Positions 42,767 to 55,932 of a DNA stretch of 64,000 nucleotides are shown here, piece by piece (position 1 is the stretch's first letter; every line of letters starts with the position of its first letter). A program made the translations under genes and the position numbers. The notes beneath the pieces are model-generated. The model was given only the letters and a program-made list of their open reading frames with translations. It had not been told where the DNA came from and ran no database searches. Origin of the DNA: Marsupella aquatica (Eukaryota; Plantae; Marchantiophyta); assembly GCA_973895155.1 (NCBI GenBank), contig OZ316892.1, positions 7,485,251 to 7,549,250 of the forward strand, given 5' to 3'.

Positions 42767-43519
42767 ATAATAAGGCATCTCAAAGCTTCAGACAATGGCT
42801 TTTGGCCATAGCTATTTCATAAGGTTATAAAAAAGTTTGGTTTTTTAGTAACCTCTACAGTGACTTATGAAAATGGAGTATGACCAATCTTTAAGGCAAT
42901 TAAATTATGGACTATAAAGGTAGTCCATAACTTTTTTATGTAGGTAACCTTAACTTAGTAGTTAAGTTCCATCAGATTTCAAACTTTGAGATGCCATAAT
43001 ACAATAATGTATATAATAACAATCCTGATATGGGTAGAGTGTATGTGGACCTATGTATGGCGGGGAGGCACATGGGAGGCCATATAAATGTATGGCCACC
43101 ATGAAACCATAGGTAAACATAAAAGGCCGTTCCAGTTCATGTATGCCACAAAGAGGCTGTCAATGCTCAGACTCAGACCAAAAAGTTAGCCAGAATTCTA
43201 CCAGTTGAGACACATTATGATTGAACCGCCCTGGCACATCCCAGATATTATGAGACACAACATGATTGTTTATACCACCCTTGCAGATCCCAGAAGAGTA
43301 TGTCTATATGATTAGACGTGGAATACCTTAGAATTAATATATATTCACCATTAGGAGGTGCAAATCGGTGGTGACCCACATGGTTGTTTATCAATTGCTG
43401 GCCTTGAAGGAACCCTTAGTTTGCTTCAGTCTAAACCATAATAGTTGGTTTTTTTTGTCTTCCTTCTGTCTATAGTAAGGGGTCTCAAATCTCTCCTTTC
43501 TGCCTTCAGTTGCTGTCAA

Positions 43520-43690
43520 AAACAAATACCCAAGAAAAAAGTGGGAGACACAAAAATGTCTCAAATCTCTCCCCTTTCTGCCACAAATACCCAAGAAAAA
43601 ACTGGGAGACACAAAAATGTCTCCTTTCTGTATCCAGTCGCGGTCAAAAACAAATACCCAAGAAAAAAGTGGCTGACACAAAAATGTATG
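43520..43690. repeat. ~60-68 bp tandem repeat, 3 copies
   Basis: caaatacccaagaaaaaa(g/c)tgg(ga/ct)gacacaaaaatgt occurs three times. Confidence 0.85.
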
Positions 43691-44815
43691 TCCTCACCAG
43701 TGACTAAAATTGTAATTTTGGGCCAACTTTGTTTTCCGCAAACTCTGAACTTTGAGACCCCCTAGTATATCTCTGAATGCCCTCTAACATCACACGGGCG
43801 CTCACATTACCCGATTACATTGTTCACATCATTCCATATGTTCTCAGAGTGAGTACAATTCAATTGCAACTTGCTCATATGTGCGTGTCTTTCGGTCGTT
43901 CCAACAAATGAGAGTATTATTTGCTGCCCTTCACGATATTACAGACGAATGAGTGACGAATGCACTTCTATTGAATTTGAAATTAATATCTATCTTTCGT
44001 AGGCTCTCTAATATCCTCGACTGACATGAGCTGTTTGAACGATCTTTCTGACCGAGTAAGACTTAATAATGCACTATGACCAAATACTCGAAGCTGTGAT
44101 TAAAATTTGGGTCTGTTCAATGTCTCATGTCTTTTCCAAATGAAATCTCCAAGCTTCCAATGAGTTCGAGAGTATTGCTCATCCTGATTAGTCTACAAGT
44201 CTCAGCAGATTTGAGGTGTTTGGTGCCTCGTAACTCTCAGTGCTACTGCTCCAAAACCTGCAAGCCGCAGATGTCTTCCTTTGTGCTCTCTAGTGTCGCC
44301 CAATCCAGCTCTCAGGATTGTGTAAAGCAGGAAGGACTTTGCAATTTCAAATGTAGTACATTCAGTTTCAGCGGAGACAATTGCCGAAATTCAACGAACA
44401 GACACAATTGGGGACATGAATTCACCCAATATCTTGGGCTGTTTGACGCTGAATCGCTCCCTGTGCGACTTTGGCTGCATGACTACGCAATGAGCTGTGC
44501 AAAACCAGGAGTCTAAGTAAAGTTATCGTCTGCAGTGAGGTTGATTGCGTCTTTGGATGTGTAAAAGTGCAACGAGCTGATTGACGGTAAGTTACATCTT
44601 TTGTAATATTTCAAAAAAGGAAAGAGGACCCCGAAGTGCATAAAATAGGGGCAACAGCCAAACAAAGTGCGAGAAGCTCGGAAGAGGTAGAACCATGGTA
44701 ACCTGCGTGAGCAGATATCAGAAACTTCCAACTTGCTCCATGCATCTAACTACGATACCGGTGTACGTGACTACCTTCCAGTGTCGCTTCTTCCAGAAGT
44801 TCTTCAAGAAGGAGG

Positions 44816-45650
44816 CTAAGGTATTTCCGCCAGAACATTCCAAACAGCATTGTCAAAATTGTCTTTCAAGAACTGCAATGCCGCCCGTTGGAGACCTGTA
44901 GAGTTAAACTTCCTAGCAATCTTCAACATCTTTACCACGTTCTCGCAGGTCATTGATTTTTTCATAGTCTCCTCGCATATACTTTGGAGGAAAGCAATGT
45001 TATATTTGTGAGCGACTGCAAATACCTCGTCCACAGGGACACTCTCAGTGAACTCAATTTCGGCATCATAACAGAATTTAATCATTGCTTTCATAACGTC
45101 TTGAGAGGCATCATCGATAAAAACTTTCCCTGTCCCCGCTTTTGGCATCTCAGCATCAAGTATGTTACAGAAGACAGATGATCTGCTGGACTGGATGCAT
45201 AAATCGGCAAACAGAAGTCAGCGCGCTCCGCTTTTGTTAAACGTTCACAACGCAGCTTGATATCCTCCATTAGTTGACTTCTGGATGAGCTGTGAAGAGG
45301 TATGTAAAGGACACTCCTAATTTCAAAGGTAATCTACAAATTATAGCAAGCAAGCAAGCCCATGATGTATAAGCTTGCAAAGAAATGTGCCAGGGTCAAT
45401 CACGTACCAGAACAAACTTGTGAGCGAACAAATCCTCATCTTCAACTCTTCTGCCTTTCACTACGATCCTCACGTCACCTTTGAGAATTCCATCCACCGG
45501 CTCGTTATCTACTCGGTTCGTGGAGCGAAGGAACTAAAGCTTCGACCATAGCGTGGTGTTCACTCCAATAAGTCCACAAACAAAACAGAATGGGCTATTC
45601 TCGTCTGATTGCATTTTTGCCTTGCAATTACTACATCCAGTCCAAGGCAT
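44816..45650 (-). pseudogene. BTB/POZ gene copy A (CxxC-CxxC + BTB) with premature stop
   Basis: Exon 1 (45650-45408) reads MPWTGCSNC..FCFVC..WSKL*FLRS..DNEPVDGILKGDV..FAHKFVL. The TAG at 45536-45534 replaces the CAG (Gln) of the paralogs. Exon 2 (45190-44816) is an intact BTB C-terminal half. Confidence 0.85.
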
Positions 45651-45954
45651 TTTGAACCAGGATCTTCAATCGCTAAGTAACGTTCTCCACGGGACGTCAG
45701 AATTTAGCGTTTCCTCGAAGGAGCGAAATACGATAATTCTACTCTCTGGTGTGAATCCTGACGGCCCGTAAGAAAACCTACTTATAACCTTTGGAAGCAA
45801 AAGCAGATAGAAGCAAACGAAGACCTATCGATCGGTATACCGCAGTGTGGCGTTCAGCTTGGAGTCTTTCTAGCCGTTATTGGGTGCCCTTACTGTAAGG
45901 AGAAAATAGATCGACATGTGTTATCAACATGTGAAGAGTCACTCACAATAATAT

Positions 45955-46359
45955 AATTGAGCCCAGATTGGTGAACGTGCAACAAGCTTGAATGTAATTA
46001 CCTCTATTTACATTGAAGAACGGCAGTAAGGGTAGTCAAATGACACTCAGCCCCAATGATCCCTTTAATAAATGATCTCAAGGGCGACCATGCACCCAAT
46101 GTATGGCGTACAACTAAATTTGGAGTTGCGGCTGGAAAATGACAATTGGGGACAAAATGAGTCTCTAAAAATCAGCATGTGAGGAGCCACTCAAAATATG
46201 AAACCAATTGAGCCTGAATTGGTGAACATGCAACAGGCTTGTCTGAATGTACTCACCTCCATTTAAAATTACAGAACGGCAATAAGGCTAGAAAAATGAC
46301 ACTCAGCCCCAATGAACCCCTTAATAAATTATTTCAAGGGGACCATGCACCCAATGTAT
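45955..46359. repeat. ~150 bp direct repeat pair
   Basis: aattgagcc..attggtgaac.tgcaaca...aatgacactcagccccaatga...gaccatgcacccaatgtat starts at 45955 and at 46206. Confidence 0.85.
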
Positions 46360-48128
46360 TCCAACTACGGCCTCAATCAGCAAAGACCAGGAGGGTACAA
46401 ACTCAGCCCCAACCCTTACTTGACAGTTTTCCTAAACAATCCTTAGAATATATTTGGCTTCACACCACCTTAGATTAAAATTGTGTGACCAAGAAAATGA
46501 CCTAATTATATTAATGTCTGTAATAATTATACAAATCCAATTATAACAGAAAACCCAGTGCCTGGAAATTGGGTAACTTACACTAGAGTGAATCAATGGG
46601 TTGGAAATGGCTTATTGCAATTAAACTACTGGGTTCAGCGGGGGTTGGTCAATACCCAGTTATCGTAAGGCTTTCAAGAAGTGCGCTGGAGATGCTTGAG
46701 GTCTCAGATTATTTAGTCTTGAATGATTACACAAAATTCCATTAAGTATAACATCATACATACTTTGACGTTTACAAGGTAATAAGCTCTAGTGATACAT
46801 AGTCATGAAAGTTCAGGTGGGTCATCCAAAATCTGTAGATTGATTCAAAATCTGACATTCCTTCTAGTTAAAATAAATAAATTATTAGCATAGTAGCGGA
46901 TTTAACCATATGTGTGACCAGGCGTCTCGTTTGTGGTTCCACAAAAGTTTTCTAAGGGAAAAACCCAATATGATACAAACTAAGGATTCCATCAAACACC
47001 TAAGTGACAAAATTTCACAGACATTCATTTGACGGTAAAGACTTTTACTGAAAATGGCAAAATAAAAACATCTTAGACCTTACTTTATGTAATAATATCC
47101 TGTTGAAAGGCATTAATGGCAACCCATTTGCAATAAACAGCCCGTCGAACTAGACCTAAATCCCTATTTTGGAGGGGCATCATGGCACATTATGTGGGTG
47201 TTTCTCTACATAACGGGAAAAAGGGTGCAAAACTGCTGGGAAACATGGAAATTGGGGACACCTTTAATTCAGCAGGGTTTGCTCCTATTGGCTGAACAAA
47301 GTTCCATTGAAGTCATGGGGCTCTGAAATTGCCCTAGAACTTATTTTGGGTGATTGTATTGTAGAAAATAATCCAAAAATTATTGTGCACCCTGAAGTTC
47401 AACTTATTGTGACCTCGTGGGTTTGGTCATGGGCCTGGTTGGCTGAACTTGTTCAATATTACGATGGCCCCCAAAAATAGACCTAGAGTGCATTGTCTAA
47501 GCAGATTTCCCACCATATTCTAAAAACCTTAAACTACAAACCATCTTGTTTAGCCTAGAGTGACCACATTGGTTACGGAGGGTGCACTTAAAGCGAACTT
47601 ACTGCACCTTCCTATAACACACGAAGCAGCCCATGTTACTAAGATATGCCATAATCACCCATCTTACTAAGATGCGCCATAATCAGTACTCAAAGCAGCT
47701 GCCTCACTGCCTCAGTCTTTGCACGGAGGCGCATGCAATCTGCGCGCCGCCAGTTTATAAATGCAATTTAGTTGAACGATTCCTTTAATTTTGTCTTGAT
47801 ACCTCTTGGGGCTTGGTGGGTTTCACATAATTGCTTCCAGAATTCTCGCAGCCATTTCTTGCATTTGCAGTCTGTTGAATACTTGAATGGTTGTTTATAA
47901 TTGCCTTCCTCTTTTCCGTAAATTCTGCACTCGAGATTTTGAGATGAAACATAAAGTTCGTCTTGACGGCAAGGTGATTGTATATACCTGAACGGCGGTC
48001 CCGAATTGCCTCACGGAAAACCTTCAACAAAAGCCTTCGGCACCGACGACTTCATCGAATTCTCGCGTCAGAAGAACGTGAAATTCTAGAATTCTGACGA
48101 GTACGCTAACGAATTCCCTGTTCCGAAA

Positions 48129-49144
48129 ATGATGCGGGGAGATCCTATTCGCATATCAAATGTACCGCCCGTTATTAAGCGGGACGATTCGGGGCAATCC
48201 GGGAGAACTTTTGGTGCTTGCAACGAAACCACCACAATCAATGTATCGCCTGGTACGCAGAGAGGGTTGGGGCGAATCGGCCCGGGGATTCCAGTATGTG
48301 CTGCTTGCAACAAAAGCATTACAGATATATTGCCCGGCACGACGAGATCATACTGTGAACCATGCTCACCTCTTCGACAGAGTTCCGAGCTCAAGAAGCT
48401 ACGGAGTGAGCTCGAAATGGTTCAGTCAAAGCTGCAGTTTCTTAGGCCCCAGAAGCAACAAGATAACGAGCCGGTAGATGGAATTTTCAAAGGAGACGTG
48501 AGGATAGTGGTACAAGGCCGAAGCCGTGAGCCTTTGTATGCTCACAAGTTTGTTCTGGTGCGTGATCGATCCTGGCGCTCCATTTGTTTGCAAGTTTATG
48601 CATGTGCTTGTATGGTTATTGCGTTTTCAGTCTAGGAGTTTCGTCCTGAAGAATAGCTGTGCACAGCATACCGAAACCTCACATTTTGGAGGATTCCAAT
48701 CAAGGTGAGTCGAGGAAGTTGGACTAGGCCACAACTCACTCGTTTGCGAAAAATATGCAGTGCAGGAGATCATCTGTCTTCCGTAAGATATTCACAACAT
48801 CTTTGTGCACACTGAATCTGGAGGAGCCGGGGACAATTTGTATCTATGATGCCTCTTTGGAAGCCATGCAAGCAGTGATTAAATTCTGCTACAATGCCGA
48901 AGTAGACTTCACCGACGAAGTCACTGTTGAAGAGATAGTGGGAGTCGCGCGAAAGTATGATATTGAGCTCCTCCAAAAAATATGTGAAGAGAATATGATG
49001 GCAACAATAAGCTGCGAGAACCTGTCAAAGAGGTTAATGGCCGCTAAGAAGTTTGAACTGACAGGTCTCGAAGCGGCGGCATCACAGTTCTTCAAGGACC
49101 ATTTCGACGAGGCTTTTAAGAATGTTCTGGCAGAAATATTCTAG
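48129..49144 (+). CDS. BTB/POZ-domain protein copy B (N-terminal CxxC..CxxC, coiled coil, BTB), 2 exons
   Basis: Exon 1 (48129-48557) contains CAAC..CEPC, LKKLRSELEMVQSKLQFL, GDVRIVV and YAHKFVL. Exon 2 (48761-49144) reads CRRSSVFRK..GTICIYDAS..FCYNAE..KYDIELLQKICE. The architecture matches the plant At4g08455-type BTB family. Confidence 0.88.
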
Positions 49145-50304
49145 AAGCCTCGGTCTGGACCAAGTAAAACGAGATCGTCGGATCTTCTCAGTAAGAATTC
49201 AGTTCTGGGTGGCTGGCAATTAGACCGGATATATGCAGTATTTTGAATAGTTTTAATGAACTTTTAGCTATTTGCATTCAGGTTTTGCACAGATAGAGGA
49301 TCACTTCTGTCTAGTGGCACCTATCAAAAGACGCCCAACTTTCGGCTAGTTCTGGGCTTTGTATCAACATTCGCTGTGGATAATATGGTTTCATCAATCT
49401 CATAGGCAAGCTCTCTGGCCTCCTTTGCAATCCTACACTGACCGTGAACTCTGGATGTCTAGTCGTGCTTATCTCTAAAGCCTCCCATTTTCCCCTTCGA
49501 ATGAGATCAATTAGAGCACGCGCAAACACTGTCCACCTTTCGACAGGCCAGCGAACTGTCTCCCAGCTACACTACGTACACTTATGAACTTGGATAATTT
49601 TGGACAGGTTAGAATGAAACCTTAGCATTTGGCAGGACGAGCACACATATAGAAGAAGGTTGGTATGTCCAGGCTCCAACCCATTTCTGACTTGAAGGCA
49701 TTTAAAGTGTCGGAACTCAGAAAGACCTCAGAAGCTGTCGGCCTGTAACCTCTTTGCTTGATAAGGAAAAAACTGGCTGCTGGTGCAATGTCCCCTTTGA
49801 GTGCTTGGTGAGAGCATTTACTGTCAATTCCTCCGTCTTCTTCACATTGATGAGCACAGGTAACTGAGTAAATAAGTTGCTCGAGCTTTTGAGTAGAGCT
49901 GCCAGCGTACTATCGATGCAGGCCCCACCGCCCAGCAGCAGTGTCCACAAAATGTCCGTCCACACTAGAGCTGCAGCCGGAGGCTAGACTACTAACTGCT
50001 AGCCGTACGTAGTATGGCAACCCTGCTGTCTCATAATTAGGCCTTGAGCCACGGACTCGAATGAAACATCCCCCGATCCCCGCAATTTTTTTAGTGCAGT
50101 TCGCAGGTTTCGGTCCGACTTTGAGATCCTTGCGGTCGAGTCAAAAAGAGTAGTTGCCACGGATGCAAATGAAACATCGCCGCAGTTTTTAGAGTGCAGT
50201 TTGCAGGTTTTGATCCGACATTTGAGATCGTTGCGGTCCAGCCAAAAAGGATAGTTGTGAAAGCATATTTGTCTTAAAGTAGTTTTGTCTGTTGTGCTTT
50301 ACCC

Positions 50305-53300
50305 TCCTTACTATAAAAGGGGTCTCCGTAACTGCACATCAAAATATGGAATATATGGTATACAACATCCTTGCATACCTTGATAACCCTAGTTTTTTTC
50401 TTTTAATCAATGAATGCATCACATTTTGATGTGTGATTACCAGGGAACCCTAGGTTTTTTTCTTTTAATCAATGAATGCAGCCACATTTTGATCTGTGAT
50501 TACAAGGGAAAGGATGCGGGGTCCTTACTTGCTCTCTACACTGATTACCAGGTCCTTACTTGCTCTCCTACACTGATTACCGTAATTAGTGTCACACACA
50601 ATACTTAGGAACAAAGGTTTTTGAAGTATATCACCATGATTTATGAGTGTGAGATTATATAAAAAAATACACTGATTACCTTAATTACTGTCACACACAA
50701 TATTTAGGAACAAAGGTTTTTGAAGGATATCACCATAATTTGTGAGAGTGAGATTATACAAGAAATGAGAGTAAATACATGTCCTTCTAAATTAAAGTAA
50801 GTGAAATTATTTCTGGTGATAGGTTTATAGTGTGCATTGAACTCTGAATTAATGAATGAGAGTAAATACATGCCATTCTAAATTAAAGTAAGCAAAATTA
50901 TTTCCAGTACCACGCAAACAGTGTGTGATGAACTCTGAATTAATGTGTGTAATTTATGAAAAATATAAATTTTTCCACTCATAACAAAGATGTATTTGCA
51001 ATGGGCATATAAAATTAATAAATGAATGTCAATTGATGTAAAGTATTTTTTAAATTATTTTTTTGGGAAATTTACCAAACCTCATAGAAAGTGAAGAATC
51101 AATCACAATAGTTGAACCCAAGACCTGTCAATCTCTATTCAAGTGAGTTATCACAAAGTCATGTCTCTCAGGGCAGAAATGTCAATTTAAATTCAGACTT
51201 CATTAAAGTATGATAAAACTAAGTATTAATGCAATCAAAATCAAACTAAAATAAATTATGTATAATAAACTAAATTCATTGCTTGTACTATTGCAATCAG
51301 AGTCTAAGTTAAATTCATTTCCAAATCCAGATTCATCATCTTATGATCTGGAATTGTTATTTTCAGTCTCAGAATTCATAGGGGTTTTTTTATAGTCTCA
51401 TTTTTTATTAATCTATAGGAGACTAATAAGGAACCTACTTTTTATATTCTTTTGAGATTTGATGTCACACCTGTATTAGTGTGTGTGAGATTATTTAAGT
51501 AAGGAGACTAAATAAGTTATGATACTAAGTAGGATAAACAATGTAGTCGATGCTCCATCCTCTGAGCTTTTAAGAATTCAAACTACAGATTGTCTCACCT
51601 CAGTTACCAATTTGAACTATTGGCTCTAGACTGGCTAACTTGGCTGTCCGTAACTCTTGCTTGTAAGTGACTTTACATCAAGAACTATAATACAAGGTTG
51701 CGTCTTTTTATGCAGTGGTCGTCATTCAAAAATACAGTGCCAAGAAAAGAAGTAACCAATAAACAGAAGGGATAAAACCAAAAGCAAATTAAATATAGTG
51801 TGAACCAAAAAGTACAGGAAATCTTTTCACCCAGTAATCAATTGGTGGACACAAAAAACAAAAAATGTAACTAACCCTGTTGCATGCACTTTTCAAAAAG
51901 AATCTAATGGTGGGAACAAAACACAAAAAAGTACCTAACCCAATTGTATGCAAGAGTATCATAAGTGATATACCATATCCTCTAAAAATGGATACGGTAT
52001 TATTTACAAACTCAAGAAAAAATGGGAACAATCCTAGGTCTTAAGTAAAAATTTGTTTTTGTGTAAATGTAGGATCCATCCATATCTCTATTAATCTGGA
52101 TTACCTCTGCCCAAGCTACCCATAACCTACCCAAACCCAACTAAAATAAAAAAATTGGAATATTATTGAAAACTAATTATTCAAATTGAGGCTTAAAGAA
52201 TTCGATAATAACTTTAAAGTTTTGAAAAAACTTGAGTATTAATAATGTATATATATGATATTAATTTCTCTAAAATTTTATAATATAATAAAAAATATTT
52301 TTTTCTATCACTTGGTTGTGCTTAGACTCTATGTTGCGGTGACTATTATCTCAGCCTCCAATTTCTATGTGCAGTGCACGAGTTGTTGCACACCACCACA
52401 ACAACTCTACCTTGCCTTGACATATTTTTTCATCTCGCCATTTTTTATGACATTGACATTTTTATCTCATGACAATGTTTTCTCACCCTCAACATCGTTT
52501 AGGTCCTTGATATATTTTCTCACCTTGACATCATTATCTCACCACAACATCTTTCCCTCACCTTCGACATATGTTCTCTCCTCAACGTCATTTCTCACCT
52601 CGCCATGTTTTTTCTCTCCTCAACATCACCTTGACTTCTTTGTCTCACCTCAACATCTCTTTTTGTCATAGTGACATTTGTTTTCACCTCAAAATCTGAC
52701 CTATTTCTCAACTTCACATTTTTATCTCACCACAACATCTTTCCCTCACCCTCAACATCTTTTCCTCATCTTCACATATTTTTCTCACATCGCCATCTTT
52801 TCTCTCCTTGACATAGTTTTTGCTCTACTTCTTTTCCTAGCTCAACATCTCTTTTTCTCATCAACATCTTTGTTCACCTCGACATCTTTTTCTCACCTCC
52901 ACTTCTTTTTCTCACTTCAACTTCTTTTTCTTACCACAACATCTATTTTCACCTCAACATATTTTTCTCACCACACCATCTTTTGTGCAACTTTTGTCTT
53001 AACAACATCTTTTTTACTTAGTGACAACTTTTCTCTTAACGACACCTTGGGCAACGTGATATTTCTTTTCTTAAGGACATATTGGGTGCCACAACATCTT
53101 GGGTGACACAATATCATTTTTCTTGAGTACATCTTGGGTGTCACAACATTTTTGTTCTCAACAACATCTTGGGTGACACGATATCTTTTTTCTTCATTAA
53201 TGACACATTGGGTGACACAACATTTTTTTTGTTCATGACATCTTCAGTTGGGCGACACTACATTTTCTTTCTTAACGACATCTTGGGCGACATCACATCT

Positions 53301-53452
53301 TTTTTTCTTAACGGCATCTTGGGCGGCAGAACATATTTGTTCTTAACGACATCTTGGGCGACACAACATCTTTTTGTCTTAACGACATCTTAGAGGACAT
53401 GACATTTTGGGCGACACGACATCTTTTGTGCAACATACGGGTATTGAGCTAG
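50305..53452 (+). mobile_element. Probable non-autonomous Helitron (AT-rich, serial internal duplications)
   Basis: The 3' end ttttgtgcaacatacgggtattgagCTAG|T resembles a transition-decayed Helitron hairpin followed by CTAG. A possible 5' end is TCcttactataaaag at ~50305. The interior has successive tandem duplications (50385-50945) and acaacatct repeats (52400-53430). Confidence 0.5.
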
Positions 53453-53562
53453 TGCTTCTATAATAGTCTGTAACTAAAGTTTTGAGACTCCTTATTGTAG
53501 TTTCCTGGTTAGAGGAAAACTTAAGAATAGGATGTATTCAGAGAAATGTGCAAATCCTGTGT

Positions 53563-53691
53563 GACACAAAAGTGTATATCCATTTCAAACAGTACCCAAC
53601 AATCCATACACATTGAACGGGTAAGCCACAAAAGTGTATACCCATTTCAAACAGTACCCTACAATCTATACACATTGAACGGGTACGCCAC
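53563..53691. repeat. ~61 bp tandem duplication
   Basis: cacaaaagtgtata.ccatttcaaacagtaccc.acaatc.atacacattgaacgggta.gccac occurs twice. Confidence 0.9.
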
Positions 53692-54329
53692 GGACTTATG
53701 GACCTAGGAGCGTTCAGAGACCTGGAGGCCCAGGGTTTCCCCTGCGGCAGGGCCGCATGGTGGGAAAGGGGACGACAGGGACGAGCGTCCCTATTGCAAT
53801 ACGGACAAGGGCGCAGGGTCCCTAGCAAAAGACGAGGCTCACTAGGGAGTGACACCTGCCGGAGTTTAAACTTTAAGATGAGTGTAAGCACGGTTCTAAT
53901 GGGACATTAATTGGCATAGATATTGCCAATCGAAGTGAATCTCCGCAAGAGCATTTGCTGTCAAGTCCCCCATCTTCTTAGTTAATTAACATTGATGAGT
54001 ACAGGTAACTCAGGGTGGCTTTACAAGACGTTCACGCTAGAGCTGCAGCCGGAGGCTAGACTACCAATTGCTAGCCGCAGGAATGACACACCCTGCTGTG
54101 TCATAATTAGGCCTCTAGTGTTGGAATGGAGCCAAGGACGCGAATGAAATATCGCCGCCGTATTAAGGATCCACCACAATTAAGGATAAGACCTGAGTGA
54201 GGATCCCAAATGACTGACCAAACCTGCGATCAAAGCAATAGGTTTTCCTACAGTTGTGCCAACGGGAGAAGAAACGTGAGATTCGGACTTCCCGTGGAGA
54301 GCACTGCTAAGCAGACACCCTGTTTCAAA

Positions 54330-55233
54330 ATGTCGTGGTCGACGACTCGATCTCAATGTCTTGGTTGCAGACAAGGATTTGAACACAGACCCACCCATAC
54401 AATTATATCATTTTGTCCTGAATGCTCACTTACTCAACTGGACGCGAAGGATGCTGAGATCAAGAGGTTACGGTCTGACCTCGGGATGGTACAGTCGAGG
54501 CTACAGTTTCTTTGCCCTCAGAAGGAACTTCACAACGAGTTGGTGCATGGTATTCTCAAGAGTGATGTGATGATCATCGTCCAAGGCAAAAGAGATGAGT
54601 CTTTGGTCGCTCACAAGTTTGTTCTGGTGCGTGATCCTGGCGCCCCATTGCTTTGCAAGTTTACTTGTATATTGTAGCAACCTTTGACATTAAGCGTGTA
54701 GCTGCGGTACGTAGCTAAAAGTTTGCATCTCTTTAAAATAGCTTTTGTCACAGCTTAGCAAAAATTGGTGTGGAGGATCGATGCCAATCAAGGAGACCTG
54801 AGGACGCATGTGTTGTGTGTCGTGACTTCTGTTTGCCGAAACGTGCATGCAGTCAACCAGATCATCTGTCTTCTGTAAGATGTTCGACGCCAATATGCTG
54901 GAAGGGGAGACAGGGACAGTTCTCATCGATGATGCCTCTCATGACGTTGTCAAATCAGTTATTAAATTTTGCTATGATGCCGAAATTGACTTCATTTCAG
55001 ACGGTATTAGTGCGGAAGAAGTACTAGAAGTCGCTCACAAATATGACATTGGTCTCCTCCAAAAAAGATGTGAGCAGGAAATGAGTACAACAATAAGCTG
55101 CGAGAACCTGCCAAAGATGTTTAAGATCGCCAAGAAGTTTGGGTTGAGAGATCTCGAGCGGGCCGCATCGCAGTTCTTGAAAGATCATTATGACACTGAT
55201 ATTGCGAGTGTTCTGACGGAAATACTTCCATAG
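54330..55233 (+). CDS. BTB/POZ-domain protein copy C, 2 exons
   Basis: Exon 1 (54330-54626) reads MSWSTTRSQCLGC..FCPEC..LRSDLGMVQSRLQFL..VAHKFVL. Exon 2 (54853-55233) reads STRSSVFCKMFDANMLEGETGTVLIDDAS... The start was chosen by leader homology with copy A (ttcaaaATG); an in-frame upstream ATG also exists at 54210. Confidence 0.88.
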
Positions 55234-55932
55234 CGCGAAAGTAGTCTTTCCTTACCAGGAATTCAGTTTTGGTCATTTGTAGTCATACCGGATAAAATAT
55301 TTGTAGCTCAGTTATCAATCTCCATCAAGCTCCTGTATGTCGGTGCTTTGGATTCCCCTAAGAGAAAGGAAGGGAAAGTCGGTGATTTTATCTGGATAGG
55401 TCGTAGGTATCCTTGTCCTGTATATCATCCCCTGGCTTGGTCCATACCTGTTTTGGAATCGAACATGCTCCAACGTGACACGACTCGAGAGTTCACCTTT
55501 AGCGATGATACTTAGAGTAGCACACAGTCCCATTGAGAAAATGAAGGGCATGTACAAGCGCAGACATCAGCCACCTTGGTTACATCCAACTTTGCGATGT
55601 GTCACTTAAGATATGTGGACGTTTTCCTACAATTCGTATTCCAGTGTTTATCCATGTATCTTGGGGACGGCTATAATTGTATCTCACTGTCAGCGTCTCT
55701 AATTAAGTTAGCGGAATCGTTTCTGACGGAATGAATGAGTGGTTGTGACTTCTGAATTGAATGGTTCCTCGAATCACTTAGTCAATTTAAGTCGACTCTG
55801 CTTGCACACTCCTGCGAGGAGTGCAGTGCAGTGCAGTGTAAAAGAGAAGTGCTTTTGGAAAAAATCAGTGAGTTTTGATTTTCTTAGAGCCTTTTTTTTC
55901 CCCGTACTGAATAAAATCAGCTTTCCTTTTCC

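Noticed and set aside
52255-53393. Three F/S/L/T/H-rich ORFs that look like membrane proteins
   Set aside because: They arise from C/T-biased low-complexity repeats lacking stop codons, inside the putative Helitron.
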